A stretch of 64,000 bases of DNA from positions 1,472,001 through 1,536,000 of the forward strand of contig OZ242351.1 of NCBI GenBank assembly GCA_965208675.1, read 5' to 3'. This DNA comes from Candidatus Poribacteria bacterium. Its GTDB lineage: Bacteria > Poribacteria > WGA-4E > PCPOR2b. Each line of letters opens with the position of its first letter. The stretch's first letter is position 1. The notes beneath the pieces are model-generated. The model was not told where the DNA came from and ran no database searches. It worked only from the letters and a program-made list of their open reading frames with translations. Below are positions 9,946-21,081 of this stretch, in pieces. Made by a program: the position numbers and the translations under genes.

Positions 9946-11391
9946 ATGAATCCATCACGCATTTTAATTGCAGACGACGAACACGCAACTTGCAGCTACA
10001 TCGACAAACAAATCAAAATGGAATCGTCGATTGATGCTACTGTGGACTTTGCCTACGACCGGGACGAGGCAATGGCGCTATTGACAGGCAATTCCCACTA
10101 TAATCTAATTATAGTCGATCTCTGGATGCCGGATTCAGAAGGCATTTTAGATAGAGAAGCGGGGTTGAAAATCCTTAAACACAGTAAAGCACGGAAGCCG
10201 GCACCGCAGGCAATTGTTATCACTGCGAACATCTCGTCGAAGACTGCGCTTGAAGCGAGCGGTTTAGGCATCTACGACTATATCAGCAAGCCAATTGACT
10301 ACACCCACCTAATTACCATCATCAAGGGCGCGTTAAATCAAAGCAACAGCGCTTCGCTCGATCAAGAACCTTCCGCTGCCACAGATGCAGAAGAGACTAA
10401 CGGCAACGAAATTGTCGGCCGCAGTAATGCGATGATTGAGGTGATGAAAAAGGTCGGCAAGGTTGCGCTTTCGGATGTTGATGTCTTAATCTATGGCGAG
10501 AGCGGCACCGGTAAGGAATCCGTTGCACATGCCATACATGCACACAGCCCCCGCGCTAAAGGGCCATTTATAGTTGTCAACTGCAGCGCTATTCCTGCGG
10601 AATTAATCGAAGCGGAGTTGTTCGGTATTGGGAAACGGGTGGCAACGGCAGTTGACCAACGACCGGGTAAGTTTCAACAAGCGGATGGCGGTACTATTTT
10701 CCTTGACGAGATTGGCGATTTGGACCTAGCGATGCAACCCAAGCTATTGCGCGTACTAGATTCGAAGGAACTTCAGGGAATCGGGATGGATGTTCACCGT
10801 GTCAATGTTCGGGTTATCGCTGCTACCAATCGAGATCTCGGCGCAGCCGTAGACGCGGGTAGGTTTCGGAGTGATCTCTATTATCGCTTGAAGTTCATGA
10901 TTACTTTGCCGCCGCTGCGTGAGCGGCTGAGCGACATTCGGTTGCTTGCATCGCATTTCCTCAGTAAGTACTTACGCTTATCGGAATCGGGGCAAATCCG
11001 CGGATTCGACGAGACGGTCCTGACAGCGTTTGAGCGGCATCAATGGCCGGGAAATGTTCGTGAACTAGAGAAAGCCGTTCAATACGCGGTTGTCACCTGT
11101 TCGGGAACTCGCATTACACAAGAAGATTTACCCCCCGAAATCTTTAGTGAGCACGGAGTAGGAACACTTCAATCGAGCGGAGCACTGGAAACTCCGCCAT
11201 TACACAGCTTACTCAACGTCCCGACGATTAAGGACGCTACGCAAGGCTTCGAGAAAATCTTCCTCGAACACAAACTCAAACAGAATAACTGGAACGTCCA
11301 GGCAACCGCCCTACAAATTGGAATCAAACGCCAGTCATTGCACCGCAAAATTAAGGAACTCGGCCTGCAGCGAAACGGGAATCAGACGTAA
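9946..11391 (+). CDS. Sigma54-dependent (NtrC-family) response regulator: REC, AAA+ and Fis-HTH
   Basis: ILIADD...DLWMP receiver, GESGTGKE Walker A, FLDEIG Walker B, FRSDLYYRL, WPGNVREL, C-terminal HTH. The GAFTGA loop is replaced by RVATAV. Confidence 0.93.
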   Translation: MNPSRILIADDEHATCSYIDKQIKMESSIDATVDFAYDRDEAMALLTGNSHYNLIIVDLWMPDSEGILDREAGLKILKHSKARKPAPQAIVITANISSKTALEASGLGIYDYISKPIDYTHLITIIKGALNQSNSASLDQEPSAATDAEETNGNEIVGRSNAMIEVMKKVGKVALSDVDVLIYGESGTGKESVAHAIHAHSPRAKGPFIVVNCSAIPAELIEAELFGIGKRVATAVDQRPGKFQQADGGTIFLDEIGDLDLAMQPKLLRVLDSKELQGIGMDVHRVNVRVIAATNRDLGAAVDAGRFRSDLYYRLKFMITLPPLRERLSDIRLLASHFLSKYLRLSESGQIRGFDETVLTAFERHQWPGNVRELEKAVQYAVVTCSGTRITQEDLPPEIFSEHGVGTLQSSGALETPPLHSLLNVPTIKDATQGFEKIFLEHKLKQNNWNVQATALQIGIKRQSLHRKIKELGLQRNGNQT

Positions 11392-11554
11392 ACCTTAGCG
11401 ATGCATGGTTACCCAACCTCTAGGTGCAACACACCGATACAGGAAAATTAAACTCGCTCAGAGTCCTAAACCGTGCAGGCTTGACAATTGCGCGTCCAAC
11501 ACAGACGCGGCGGTGTTAAAGGAATTCGTCTGCATGACGTCCTAATCCCGCCCT

Positions 11555-11595
11555 ACACTGTCGCCTCAGGGTGACAGTGTTGTATTTGAGTGACA
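11555..11595. promoter_or_regulatory. Tandem enhancer-binding-protein upstream activation sites
   Basis: Palindrome acactgtcgcctcagggtgacagtgt. Two TGT-N12-ACA sites (11559-11576 and 11578-11595) lie ~140-180 bp upstream of a -24/-12 element. Confidence 0.6.
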
Positions 11596-11735
11596 AAAAT
11601 GTGAAGTGAATTGCAATTGCGACGGTTTGTTGACGGGAGGTTGAAGTTCGTGTGCGATCCCAGTTTTGCGCCTAATGTAGAACATCCAACCTAATTTCGC
11701 TTTTTTTATTCATTTTCGGGGCCGCCGTCTATCGC

Positions 11736-11750
11736 TGGCACACATCTTGC
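11736..11750 (+). promoter_or_regulatory. Sigma54 -24/-12 promoter
   Basis: TGGCAC-ACATC-TTGC matches the TGGCAC-N5-TTGC consensus, ~80 bp upstream of the sigma factor ATG. Confidence 0.8.
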
Positions 11751-11828
11751 CTATGTAATTCAATGAAATGCTGCTCCTACCACAACCTATGACCGAAAAC
11801 CATCACCGAAACAAGAATGGCTGAATAG

Positions 11829-13037
11829 ATGAATCAATCATCTCAAATCTCCACTGAAACGTCCACTGAAAATTGGTCACCGCCGTTTGAATCTGTACCT
11901 GCAGATTTGGGAATGCAAACCGAATCATTAACACCGGCATCAGGTATCGGTCCGGCGCAGGACGCCTTTGCATTAGAGGATTCCGATGATACCATTAAAC
12001 CGCCCTTGGACTCTGACTGCGAGAAAGAAAGGCACGGCGGCGTTCTGCACACGTATCTTTCCCAGATGGGAGATTATGCACGTTTGACGCAAGACGAAGA
12101 ATTAAGCATCTTTTTAAAGATTGAGAAGTACCGCAAGCGCATCAATGAATGCTATGAAGAATTGATGACATTTCCGCTTGAGATAGATTCGGAAGATTTG
12201 CCAAGCCCGCATTCGTTGAAAAAATTGATTGCCGCTAAATCTTTCGTTCCGCCCACACAAGAGTTCCTTTTGGAACTGGTGGGACATATCCAATTTCTGC
12301 AAGCGGAAATCCACACCGCTAAAAACCGTGTTGTCGAGGCGAACTTGAGATTAGCCGTCTGTATTGCCAAGAAATACCAAGAGCGCGGACTCGATTTGCC
12401 TGATCTCATTCAGGAGGCAAACATCGGGTTGATTAACGCTGTCAATCACTTTGATTGGCGGCGCGGCGTGAAGTTTGGCGCGTGCGCTTCTTGGTGGATC
12501 CAGCAAGCCATCGGGCGCAGCATTGCAAATCATGGGCGGACGATTCGCATCCCGTCGCACCTACTCAGCGACATTAGTAAAGTGAATCGTGCGAAAGCAC
12601 GTTTTTTTCAAAACACCAACCGAGAACCCAATCCAAAAGAAATCTCTGAAGCAACCGGGCTTTCAGCCAAAAAGATAACGGAACTGAATCGGATTTCGGC
12701 GGATTCCATGTCGCTGGAAGACTGCATCAGTCCAGACACGGGTGGTGAAGTTGAAGCGCTAGTTCCATGCGAACAGGGATCGGATCCCCTAACAAGCGTG
12801 ATTACGAAAAGCCTAATTGAAGAGGTTAATCTGGCAATCGGCGCATTGCCGCCCCGTGAGAAACAGATTGTCTTTTTGAGATACGGTCTAGAAAACAGCG
12901 AAGAACACAGTTTACAGGAAATAGGGATGATACTGAACCTGTCACGGGAACGGGTTCGGCAATTGGAAGCCAGGGCGTTGAGTCGGCTGCGCCATCCCTC
13001 TCGGAGCGATAGACTGAACGATTTCCTCTTTTCGTAA
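11829..13037 (+). CDS. RpoD/SigA-family alternative sigma70 factor
   Basis: Region 1.2 TYLSQMG..RLTQDEE, region 2 EANLRL...DLIQEANIGL...WWIQQAI, region 4.2 SLQEIG...SRERVRQLE. Confidence 0.92.
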   Translation: MNQSSQISTETSTENWSPPFESVPADLGMQTESLTPASGIGPAQDAFALEDSDDTIKPPLDSDCEKERHGGVLHTYLSQMGDYARLTQDEELSIFLKIEKYRKRINECYEELMTFPLEIDSEDLPSPHSLKKLIAAKSFVPPTQEFLLELVGHIQFLQAEIHTAKNRVVEANLRLAVCIAKKYQERGLDLPDLIQEANIGLINAVNHFDWRRGVKFGACASWWIQQAIGRSIANHGRTIRIPSHLLSDISKVNRAKARFFQNTNREPNPKEISEATGLSAKKITELNRISADSMSLEDCISPDTGGEVEALVPCEQGSDPLTSVITKSLIEEVNLAIGALPPREKQIVFLRYGLENSEEHSLQEIGMILNLSRERVRQLEARALSRLRHPSRSDRLNDFLFS

Positions 13038-13545
13038 TGCGGTGACTTCGGCGGCCAATTGTGACTACGCGCGTTTGACAGCGCCGCTGCACAGCCGAAG
13101 TCGTGCCATCCGCACCCTCTTAAATCGGCTTTTGCCGCCTAGCGAAACTAACTTATACCAATCACTCTGCCTACCCCGGTTATGTTGCGGCATAAAGCCT
13201 TGCCCCGAAACCAATTTTATCTAAAACTAGTTCTTCCCGTTTACCCCTTCTCTCCTCACCGGCCTTCCGGGAATTCCGACGTTTCCACATGTTATTTTGC
13301 TGGGACAAACCGCTCAATATGACATGCGTATCAATCTGGTTTATTCTCTCACCGCGAAATTAACGGCCACCATCGGAAAAATAATCTATATCACTCCATT
13401 TTGTGATATGATTGAGGCTAGGTCTAGGCGAACATTAGAGCATGTTGACCAATCGGTTAGTTTACACGGATAGATTGGGCATCGCACAGTCAACTAACGC
13501 CATTCCTGTTTCGGGTTGAAGAACAAAAGACGAGGAGTGATTAAA

Positions 13546-14652
13546 ATGCGGACGCGAACTGCGGTTGTCTACGAACACAACAAACCGGTTATTGTCGACG
13601 ATTTAGAATTAGATGAACCGAAAGCGAACGAAGTGCTCATCCGTATGGTCGCGACTGGTGTATGCCATTCGGATTTGTCCATTGTGAACGGCACCATCTA
13701 TTACGATCCGCCGATCGCGATAGGGCATGAAGGGGCAGGGGTAATTGAGCAGGTCGGCGATGGAGTTAGCTACGTCAACCCCGGCGATCACGTTGTGCTC
13801 TCATTCGTCACCTTCTGCGGAGATTGCCGTATGTGCCAGAATAATCTCGTTAGGCTATGTGAGGGTTTCCGCGCACCGCGCGCCCATTTGCTGGACGGCA
13901 CTTGCCGATTACACAATAAATCTGGACAACCTATCCTTCAAATGGCGCGGATCGCTACCATGTCGGAGTATACCGTTGTTCCAGAGCAGAGCTTGGTCAA
14001 AATTGATGCACGTTATCCGCTCGAAAAGGCAGTCTTGGTCGGATGCGGCGTAACAACAGGCGTTGGCGCGGTGTTAAACACCGCAAAGGTCGAAGCGGGA
14101 AGTTCGGTTGCGGTAATCGGCACCGGCGGCGTCGGATTGAATGTGATTCAAGGGGCTGTGCTCGCATCTGCAGAACGAATAATCGCGATTGACCTTATTG
14201 AGAATAAACTCGACTTGGCAAAGAGCTTCGGCGCAACGGATTTAGTGGATGCGTCGACGTGCGATCCGGTCGAAGCGGTTCGCGAATTGACGGACGGTAA
14301 GCACGTTGATTACGCATTTGAAGTCATCGGTTACCCGAAGACGATTGAGCAGGCTTATGCGATGATTCGCCCCGGCGGAACGGCTGTCGTCATCGGCGCT
14401 TGCAATCAGGATGTACATATAAGCATACCGGCTCAGAGTATCGTTATGAAAGAAAAACGGCTAATTGGGTCGTTTTACGGTTCATCCAGCCCCCGCGCCG
14501 CTATGCCTAAACTGCTAAAACTTTACGAAAACGGCAAGCTCAAACTCGATGAATTGATTACGCAAACCTACCGCCTTGAACAGATTAACGACGCCTTCGC
14601 CGACATGGAATCTGGCAAGAATGCTAGGGGTGTCATTCTGTACGATAACTAA
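13546..14652 (+). CDS. Zn-dependent alcohol dehydrogenase (class III-like MDR)
   Basis: GVCHSD, GHEGAG, CGDCRMC structural Zn site, GCGVTTG, GTGGVG. RBS gaggag precedes ATG 13546. Confidence 0.93.
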   Translation: MRTRTAVVYEHNKPVIVDDLELDEPKANEVLIRMVATGVCHSDLSIVNGTIYYDPPIAIGHEGAGVIEQVGDGVSYVNPGDHVVLSFVTFCGDCRMCQNNLVRLCEGFRAPRAHLLDGTCRLHNKSGQPILQMARIATMSEYTVVPEQSLVKIDARYPLEKAVLVGCGVTTGVGAVLNTAKVEAGSSVAVIGTGGVGLNVIQGAVLASAERIIAIDLIENKLDLAKSFGATDLVDASTCDPVEAVRELTDGKHVDYAFEVIGYPKTIEQAYAMIRPGGTAVVIGACNQDVHISIPAQSIVMKEKRLIGSFYGSSSPRAAMPKLLKLYENGKLKLDELITQTYRLEQINDAFADMESGKNARGVILYDN

Positions 14653-14812
14653 CACGGCAAACACGTTAATTCTTACCCCAATTCCCGCGCTTCTGCAAAA
14701 AAATCGCCCTCCGATCTAATCATTTGCTCCGTTAGTGCATCATAATATAATAGAAGGCAATGACGTTGATGGCATTGCCGCCTTAAGCCGCACAACTTCG
14801 GGAGCGATGAAT

Positions 14813-17800
14813 ATGGCTAACAGCGATGCCGAACTCATCCAACGCACCTTGGATGGCGATGATACCGCGTTCGGGTTCCTGGTCGACAAATACAAAGGCG
14901 CGGTCCACGCGCTCGCCTATCGTAAAACCGGGAATTTCCACACCGCAGAAGACATTACGCAGGACACCTTTTTCAAAGCCTACGAAAAACTCCACACGCT
15001 CAAGGATTGGCGGCATTTCCCAGGCTGGCTCTACAGAATAGCGTCACGGCTCTGCTTGATGTGGCATCGCAATCGGCGGGTGGTACCGCAACCGCTCGAA
15101 ACGGTTAACAGCGGTCACATGGATGCCCTGGCGTGGGCAAAGCACACCGACCAGCAAACCCGACAATCGGTACGTGACGGGTTGGAAGCCCTGCCGGAAA
15201 GCCAACGCACGGTCTTGACACTGCACTATCTCGGTGGGATGACGTGCGAGGAGATTGCGCGGTTCATCGGCACGTCGCGCGGTGCGGTGCTTAACCGGCT
15301 TTATCATGCCCGACGTCAATTGAAAAAGGAGATGATGCCGATGATGGAGAAAACACTGGGCACATTTCAGTTGCCGCCGACCTTCACCCAACAGATGATG
15401 AATCGAATTCACCGAACACCCCCAACAACCACGCCCCAAGGCAAACCGATCTTGCCGTGGATTGCAGCGACAGCGTCGCTCGTGTTCGCGCTGATTATCG
15501 GACTGGGGCAACAGGCAATGACGTGGTTTCAGCAACCGTACAGTCTTGACGCAGTCGCACCGGCGAGTCGGATTGAACTCATTGACGCGCCTATGATTCC
15601 CATACCCGAGACAAAACCCGATCTAATCAATCGTCCGGGCCGATTGAACCCTCGAGACGACAAGAAAGGTATCGGACCGAACGGAACATATTTTTCGGCG
15701 GCGGCAAACGCCGACGTGGGTAGAGAACGCAACGACAGCAAATGGACGCAGACTAACGGGCCTTACGGTGGCAGAACTAACACACTATACCGGGCGTCAG
15801 ATGGATCGTTATATGCATTAACGGATATGCAAGTGTTCCGTTCTAGCAACCATGGCGATTCGTGGGTTCAAGTCTACAACAGCTTAACTGCCAATCCTGC
15901 CGATTCGTGGCTTTCCGGAACAATTACGGACGCGAACGGCGTACTGTACATTAATACAGCCGCGACCATTCTATATACAGACAACCGCGGCGAATCGTGG
16001 CAACAGATAAACTACCTTTACGGGGCAGATACAGCCATCAGGACGTTCAGCGTGATCGGATCGCGAATCTACATCAGCCGAGTTAAAGATGGCGTTGCTT
16101 ACTCTGATGATTACGGCGAATCGTGGAACGCCATTCGAGACGGTTTACCGGCTAAACCGCCCGACAAATTTGCGACAGTTGGAAAAACGCTATTCGCTAA
16201 GGTGGACAACGTCATTTTTCGGTTAAGAGAAGGCGAAACGTCGTGGACGAAAAACACAAACCTTCCCAATCTCCGATTTCTCATCGCCGAAAAGAAGGCG
16301 TTGATTATTGGAAGTCAGACCGATTTGCGACGTTCATTGGACGAAGGTGAATCTTGGACGTCGATGACAAATTCAACGACTGTGCAGGTTCATAACATGA
16401 TATCGGGGAAGAAAATTGTGAAGGAGCGGGACATTCGCTCTCTCATAACCGCAGGAAATGAAGCTTTACAGCTTACAAGCCCGTTGGAACCGACTCGTTT
16501 AACAGAAGAACTTGAGAATTGGGAACCTACGACACGAGGACTAAAGGATCAATCTTTAATCATTGAAAATGTTGCGGCGTTTGGCGATACAAGGTATGTC
16601 CTGCTCAATGACGGTACGTTGCTGCGCTCCACAGACATAGGTCTTTTAGGCACAACCGAAGCGTCCAGCTTGAGCAGATATTTCATATCAACAGACGGTT
16701 TGGCCGCGCCTTCAGAGCGTGAAATCTGTAAAATGGGAAACTACGTCATTTGGAATACAATGGTAGCAACCGGATTGGACACTCATTTCGTGTCAGTCGA
16801 TAGCATAGCGGCGGTATCGGAACATGTGGTTAGTATTTCCAACGCAGCCGGGATATTTCGGCTGACAGACGGCGCGGAATCCTAGAAACAAACCAATGAG
16901 GGGCTTGTCGGATCGATGGTGCAAAGTCTCGTATCTTTCAAGGACGCACTGTATGCCTCGACTCACAATCGCAACGGTGTTTTCAAGTCTGCAGACGGCG
17001 GCGACCGATGGACGCCGATTCATAGTGGTTTGCCAACGACGGATGTAGGAGCGCTCGCCATATCGGGGGAAGCGCTCTATCTTGGAGTAAATGAAGATTA
17101 CTTAACGGGCGTGGAAGACCGAACCTATACCGGCGGAATCTATCGTTTGGCAGATGATCGGAATTCATGGATTCCGGTGCAGACCGAAATGCGCACGGAT
17201 TACAGGCTCAAGGGTTATAACCAAATGTACAGCGTTGACGTGCTTGTAATTTCCGGAGAAACCTTCTACATCATTGCCCAAATGGGAAGCGGTTTCCGGC
17301 TTTATCGATGGCGGATCGGCGAGCGGTATTGGACGGATATCAGTCCTCATCCAGAAAATTGGATTTATGGAGGGAACGATGAGTTAACCGGCCTTTCTGT
17401 CGCAAACGAGACCATTTATATCGCTGCAGACATGGATCTCTATCGTTCGCGCAACAGCGGAGACACATGGTCGAAGATTGAGTTTCGCGTGTCTCCTTCT
17501 TCGCGCTACCTTCCCCAAATAACAGGAGCTGTGATTTTGGGAAAGGCCGTCTTCGTTTCGACTCGAGAATCGGGTGTGTTTCGGTCAAGCGACGGGGGCA
17601 AAAACTGGGAATCGGTCAACGGCGGGTTGCCGCAGGGGTATACTTTGGAACTTCACGTGATTGGGAATGCGCTTTATGCAACGGACAGTGCTCAAGGTAT
17701 CTATCGATTCAGGGATGGCGGGGGTACTTGGGAATTCGTTAAACCGTCGGTTTCAAATATGTTGTCGGGTGCACTGACAATCGTGGACGGGACGTTATAC

Positions 17801-17860
17801 GCCGGCATGGGAGAGAGCGGTGTGTATCGGATCGCGTTGGATAACGCCGACCGTGATTAG
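14813..17860 (+). pseudogene. ECF sigma factor fused through a TM helix to an extracellular BNR/Asp-box beta-propeller, interrupted by an in-frame TAG at 16883-16885
   Basis: AEDITQDTF...F.GWLYRIA and EEIA sigma motifs, TM helix, repeated SxDxGxSW boxes. ORFs 14735-16885 and 16916-17860 share one frame: TDGAES*KQTNEGL, with the stop at the Trp position of the box. Confidence 0.8.
17569..17841 (+). repeat. Left copy of ~270-bp direct repeat (3' end of the BNR propeller gene)
   Basis: Aligns with 30059-30340, e.g. shared ggcaaaaactgggaatcggtcaacggcgggttgcc and ctcaaggtatctatcgattca. Confidence 0.92.
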
Positions 17861-17931
17861 TTGGTGGAAATGTAAGTATTCTTCACCAAACCCACGAAAG
17901 CCGTAGGTGTTCAAAAGAGAGGTTTTCTTGC

Positions 17932-20900
17932 TCATGCCCAATTTTCACACAACGCCTCGGCTTGTTCTAGGACGGTCTCGGCAGCTTTGGCTTGTTTGTC
18001 GGGCGGGTAACCATAGCGCCGTAAGATTCGCTTCACCAATCGGCGCAGGTTGGCGCGGACGCTCTCCTTCATCGTCCAGTCGATGGTCACATTGTTGCGG
18101 ACGGTTTTTACGAGTTCCGTCGCTATTGTGCACAGGGTCTCATCTCCCAGCACCTGCACGGCACTATCGTTGGTTTCAAGCGCGTCGTAGAATGCCAATT
18201 CATCGCTCGTTAGCCCCAACTCCTCGCCGCGGTCACGCGCCTGACGCAACTCCTTCGCCGTTTGAATAAGTTGCTCGATTACCTGCGCGGCTTCTATCGT
18301 CCGGTTTTGATAGGCGCGAATCGAGCGTTCCAGCATTTCTGCGAACGACCGCGCTTGTACAACGTTTTGCCGCGAGTGGGTTTTGATTTCATCGTTTAGC
18401 AGCTTGTCCAGAAGTTCGACCGCGAGGTTTCTTTGTGGCAAATTGCGCACCTCTGCCAAGAATTCGTCGGAAAGAATTGAGATGTCCGGCTTCTCTAATC
18501 CCGCGGCGGCAAAGATGTCTACTACCCCTTCAGGAACGACCGCCTTGGATACCAACTGCTTGACGGCGAGTTCTGCCGCCTCGGACTGGGACTCCTCTCT
18601 AGCCGTCAGTTTTGCCAAGACACCTCGCACCGCTTGGAAAAACGCGACATCGTCCCGTATCTTGATTGCGCTTTCGTGCGGTACGACTAGCGAAAAGGCT
18701 TTGGCGAGCGCAGCAACCTCTTTCAGTAGACGGGTTTTGCCATCTTCCAAACCCAAGATGTGTTCTTGGGCGGCGGGGAGCAGTCTGAGACGTTCCTCGG
18801 CGTTTCCGTCAATCCACGACGACCAATCGAACGCATGAAACAACCCGGAGCAGATTTCGTACTTTTCCAGCATTATAGCAATCGCTTCAGCTTTATTGAG
18901 GGAGGGCTTGCCCTTTCCGCCGTTGTCCGTATAGTTAGTTAAAGCCTGCTTTAGATGGTAACCAATTCCGATGTAGTCTACAATTAGACCGCCGGGTTTT
19001 TCGCCGAATACGCGATTGACGCGCGCGATGGCTTGCATCAGGGCGTGACCTCGCATCGGCTTATCAACATACATAGTGTGAAGACTCGGCGCGTCAAAGC
19101 CGGTCAGCCACATGTCGCGGACGATTACAAATCTCAACGGGTCATCAGGGTTTTTAAATCGAACTGCCAGTTCTTCGCGCCGCGATTTGTTGCGGATATG
19201 CGGCTGCCACGACTCGTCCTCCGACGCCTCGCCCGTCATTACAACCTTTATGAATCCCTGCTTGTCATCTTCACCATGCCAATTCGGACGTTTTGCGACA
19301 ATGGCGTTGTAAAGATCAACACAGATTCGGCGGCTCATACAGACCACCATCGCCTTGCCGTCCATTGCATCCAATCGCTCTCCGAAATGCGTGATGATAT
19401 CATCGGCTACTAGACCCACACGCTTCTCCGTTCCGACCAGCGCTTCAAGCTGAGCCCATTTGGATTTGAGTCTCTCCTTATGCCTTTCCTCCTCTCCTTC
19501 GGTCACCTCCTCAAATTCTGGGTCAACATGAGGTTTCTCGTTCTCATCCAACTCAATTTTGGCGAGTCGGCTCTCGTAATAGATTGGGACGGTGGCGCCG
19601 TCTTCAACTGCTCGTTGTATATCGTAGATGCTGATGTAGTTTCCGAAGACGTTTCGGGTGTCACGGTCGGTCCCCTCAATGGGGGTGCCGGTGAAACCGA
19701 TAAATGATGCGTTCGGAAGTGCGTCGCGCATGTGACGGGCGAATCCATCTATAAAATCGTACTGGCTGCGATGGGCTTCGTCCGCTATGACAACGATGTT
19801 TCGCCGGTCAGAAAGTTTTGGGAATCGACGTTCTTCATCTTTAGGAAAAAACTTCTGTACTGTGGTAAAGACCACGCCGCCTGAAGCCACTTTCAGGAGT
19901 TCGCGCAGATGTCCTCTGTCCTTCGCTTGAACAGGTATTTGCCGCAAGAGCTGGTTACATCTAGCGAACGTGCCGAACAGTTGGTCGTCCAAGTCGTTGC
20001 GGTCGGTGATAACCACCAATGTCGGGTTTTGCATTTCCGGACGCAGGATAATGCTACCGGCATAAAATGCCATAGTCAAGCTCTTGCCCGACCCTTGTGT
20101 GTGCCAGATGACGCCGCAACGTCTGTCCCCGTCCGGACGCGACGCTTTCACGGTAGTGTCAACGGCGGCGCTAACAGCGTGGAATTGGTGATAACCGGCG
20201 ATTTTCTTGGCAATCGTATCGCCGCCCATTTCCTCAAAGACAATAAAGTGCTTGAGATAGTTCAGGAACCGCTTCTTGTCGAAGAGTCCCTTGATTGTCA
20301 CCTCCAGTTCCAGATCGGACGATGCGGCTTCGGTTTCTCCCTCAATTGTCCGCCACGGCATGAACCGTTCCTTATCTGCGGTCAAAGCGCCAACGCGGGC
20401 TTCCAGCCCGTCAGAGATGACCAGCGCCTCGTTGTACGTGAACAGCCGCGGAATTTCCTGCTTGTAGGTCTGAAGTTGGCGAAATGCTGACCAGACAGTG
20501 GCATTTTCGTCGGTCGGGCTTTTGAGTTCAATCACGCCTAGCGGAATACCATTGATAAACAGCACGATGTCCGGACGCCGTTCGGTTGCCCCCATCACAG
20601 TGAACTGATTAACCGCTAACCAGTCGTTGTTTTCGGGGTTCCCAAAATCCACCAATCGCACGCGGTCTCCACGAATAGTGCCATCTGAACCCCGATATTC
20701 GACCTCCACACTATCAACCAACATTAAGTGAAACGTCCGATTGTTTTGAACCGGTGAGGGAGAGTTCGGAGAAATCACTCGTTGAACGGCTTCTTCCTGA
20801 CATTCGGCGGGGATGTTCGGATTCAGGCGAGCAACCGCATCGCGCAGACGCTGTGTCAACACCACGTCATCGTAGCTTGAACGTTCGGCACTAGGCATCT

Positions 20901-21003
20901 CAGGAGCAATGTCAGGACCGTGTAGGACGGAATACTCCATACCCGCTAGCCAATCCATTGCCGTTTGTTCGACATCGGATTCGTAAATTGTAATGGGATT
21001 CAT
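17932..21003 (-). CDS. hsdR: Type I restriction endonuclease subunit R
   Basis: [18 protein letters not shown] nuclease motif, [34 protein letters not shown]. Confidence 0.97.
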   Translation of the reverse strand: MNPITIYESDVEQTAMDWLAGMEYSVLHGPDIAPEMPSAERSSYDDVVLTQRLRDAVARLNPNIPAECQEEAVQRVISPNSPSPVQNNRTFHLMLVDSVEVEYRGSDGTIRGDRVRLVDFGNPENNDWLAVNQFTVMGATERRPDIVLFINGIPLGVIELKSPTDENATVWSAFRQLQTYKQEIPRLFTYNEALVISDGLEARVGALTADKERFMPWRTIEGETEAASSDLELEVTIKGLFDKKRFLNYLKHFIVFEEMGGDTIAKKIAGYHQFHAVSAAVDTTVKASRPDGDRRCGVIWHTQGSGKSLTMAFYAGSIILRPEMQNPTLVVITDRNDLDDQLFGTFARCNQLLRQIPVQAKDRGHLRELLKVASGGVVFTTVQKFFPKDEERRFPKLSDRRNIVVIADEAHRSQYDFIDGFARHMRDALPNASFIGFTGTPIEGTDRDTRNVFGNYISIYDIQRAVEDGATVPIYYESRLAKIELDENEKPHVDPEFEEVTEGEEERHKERLKSKWAQLEALVGTEKRVGLVADDIITHFGERLDAMDGKAMVVCMSRRICVDLYNAIVAKRPNWHGEDDKQGFIKVVMTGEASEDESWQPHIRNKSRREELAVRFKNPDDPLRFVIVRDMWLTGFDAPSLHTMYVDKPMRGHALMQAIARVNRVFGEKPGGLIVDYIGIGYHLKQALTNYTDNGGKGKPSLNKAEAIAIMLEKYEICSGLFHAFDWSSWIDGNAEERLRLLPAAQEHILGLEDGKTRLLKEVAALAKAFSLVVPHESAIKIRDDVAFFQAVRGVLAKLTAREESQSEAAELAVKQLVSKAVVPEGVVDIFAAAGLEKPDISILSDEFLAEVRNLPQRNLAVELLDKLLNDEIKTHSRQNVVQARSFAEMLERSIRAYQNRTIEAAQVIEQLIQTAKELRQARDRGEELGLTSDELAFYDALETNDSAVQVLGDETLCTIATELVKTVRNNVTIDWTMKESVRANLRRLVKRILRRYGYPPDKQAKAAETVLEQAEALCENWA

Positions 21004-21081
21004 GGTATTGCCTTAAAGCGAGGGCAGTCTGTTGGGACTTCTAAATCGCTTCCAAAATCTTATTGCAAACATTTTGAATCA

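Noticed and set aside
16883-16885. Amber (TAG) recoding or readthrough, suggested by two in-frame TAG codons at aromatic positions (also 55732-55734)
   Set aside because: TAG ends intact genes in this window (e.g. at 6653 and 7777), and no suppressor tRNA or pyl genes are visible. Point mutation or sequence error is simpler.
18383-20490. Many short overlapping ORFs in the track (antisense to hsdR, and similarly to sdh and the PQQ genes)
   Set aside because: Shadow ORFs of well-supported genes, with no protein motifs.
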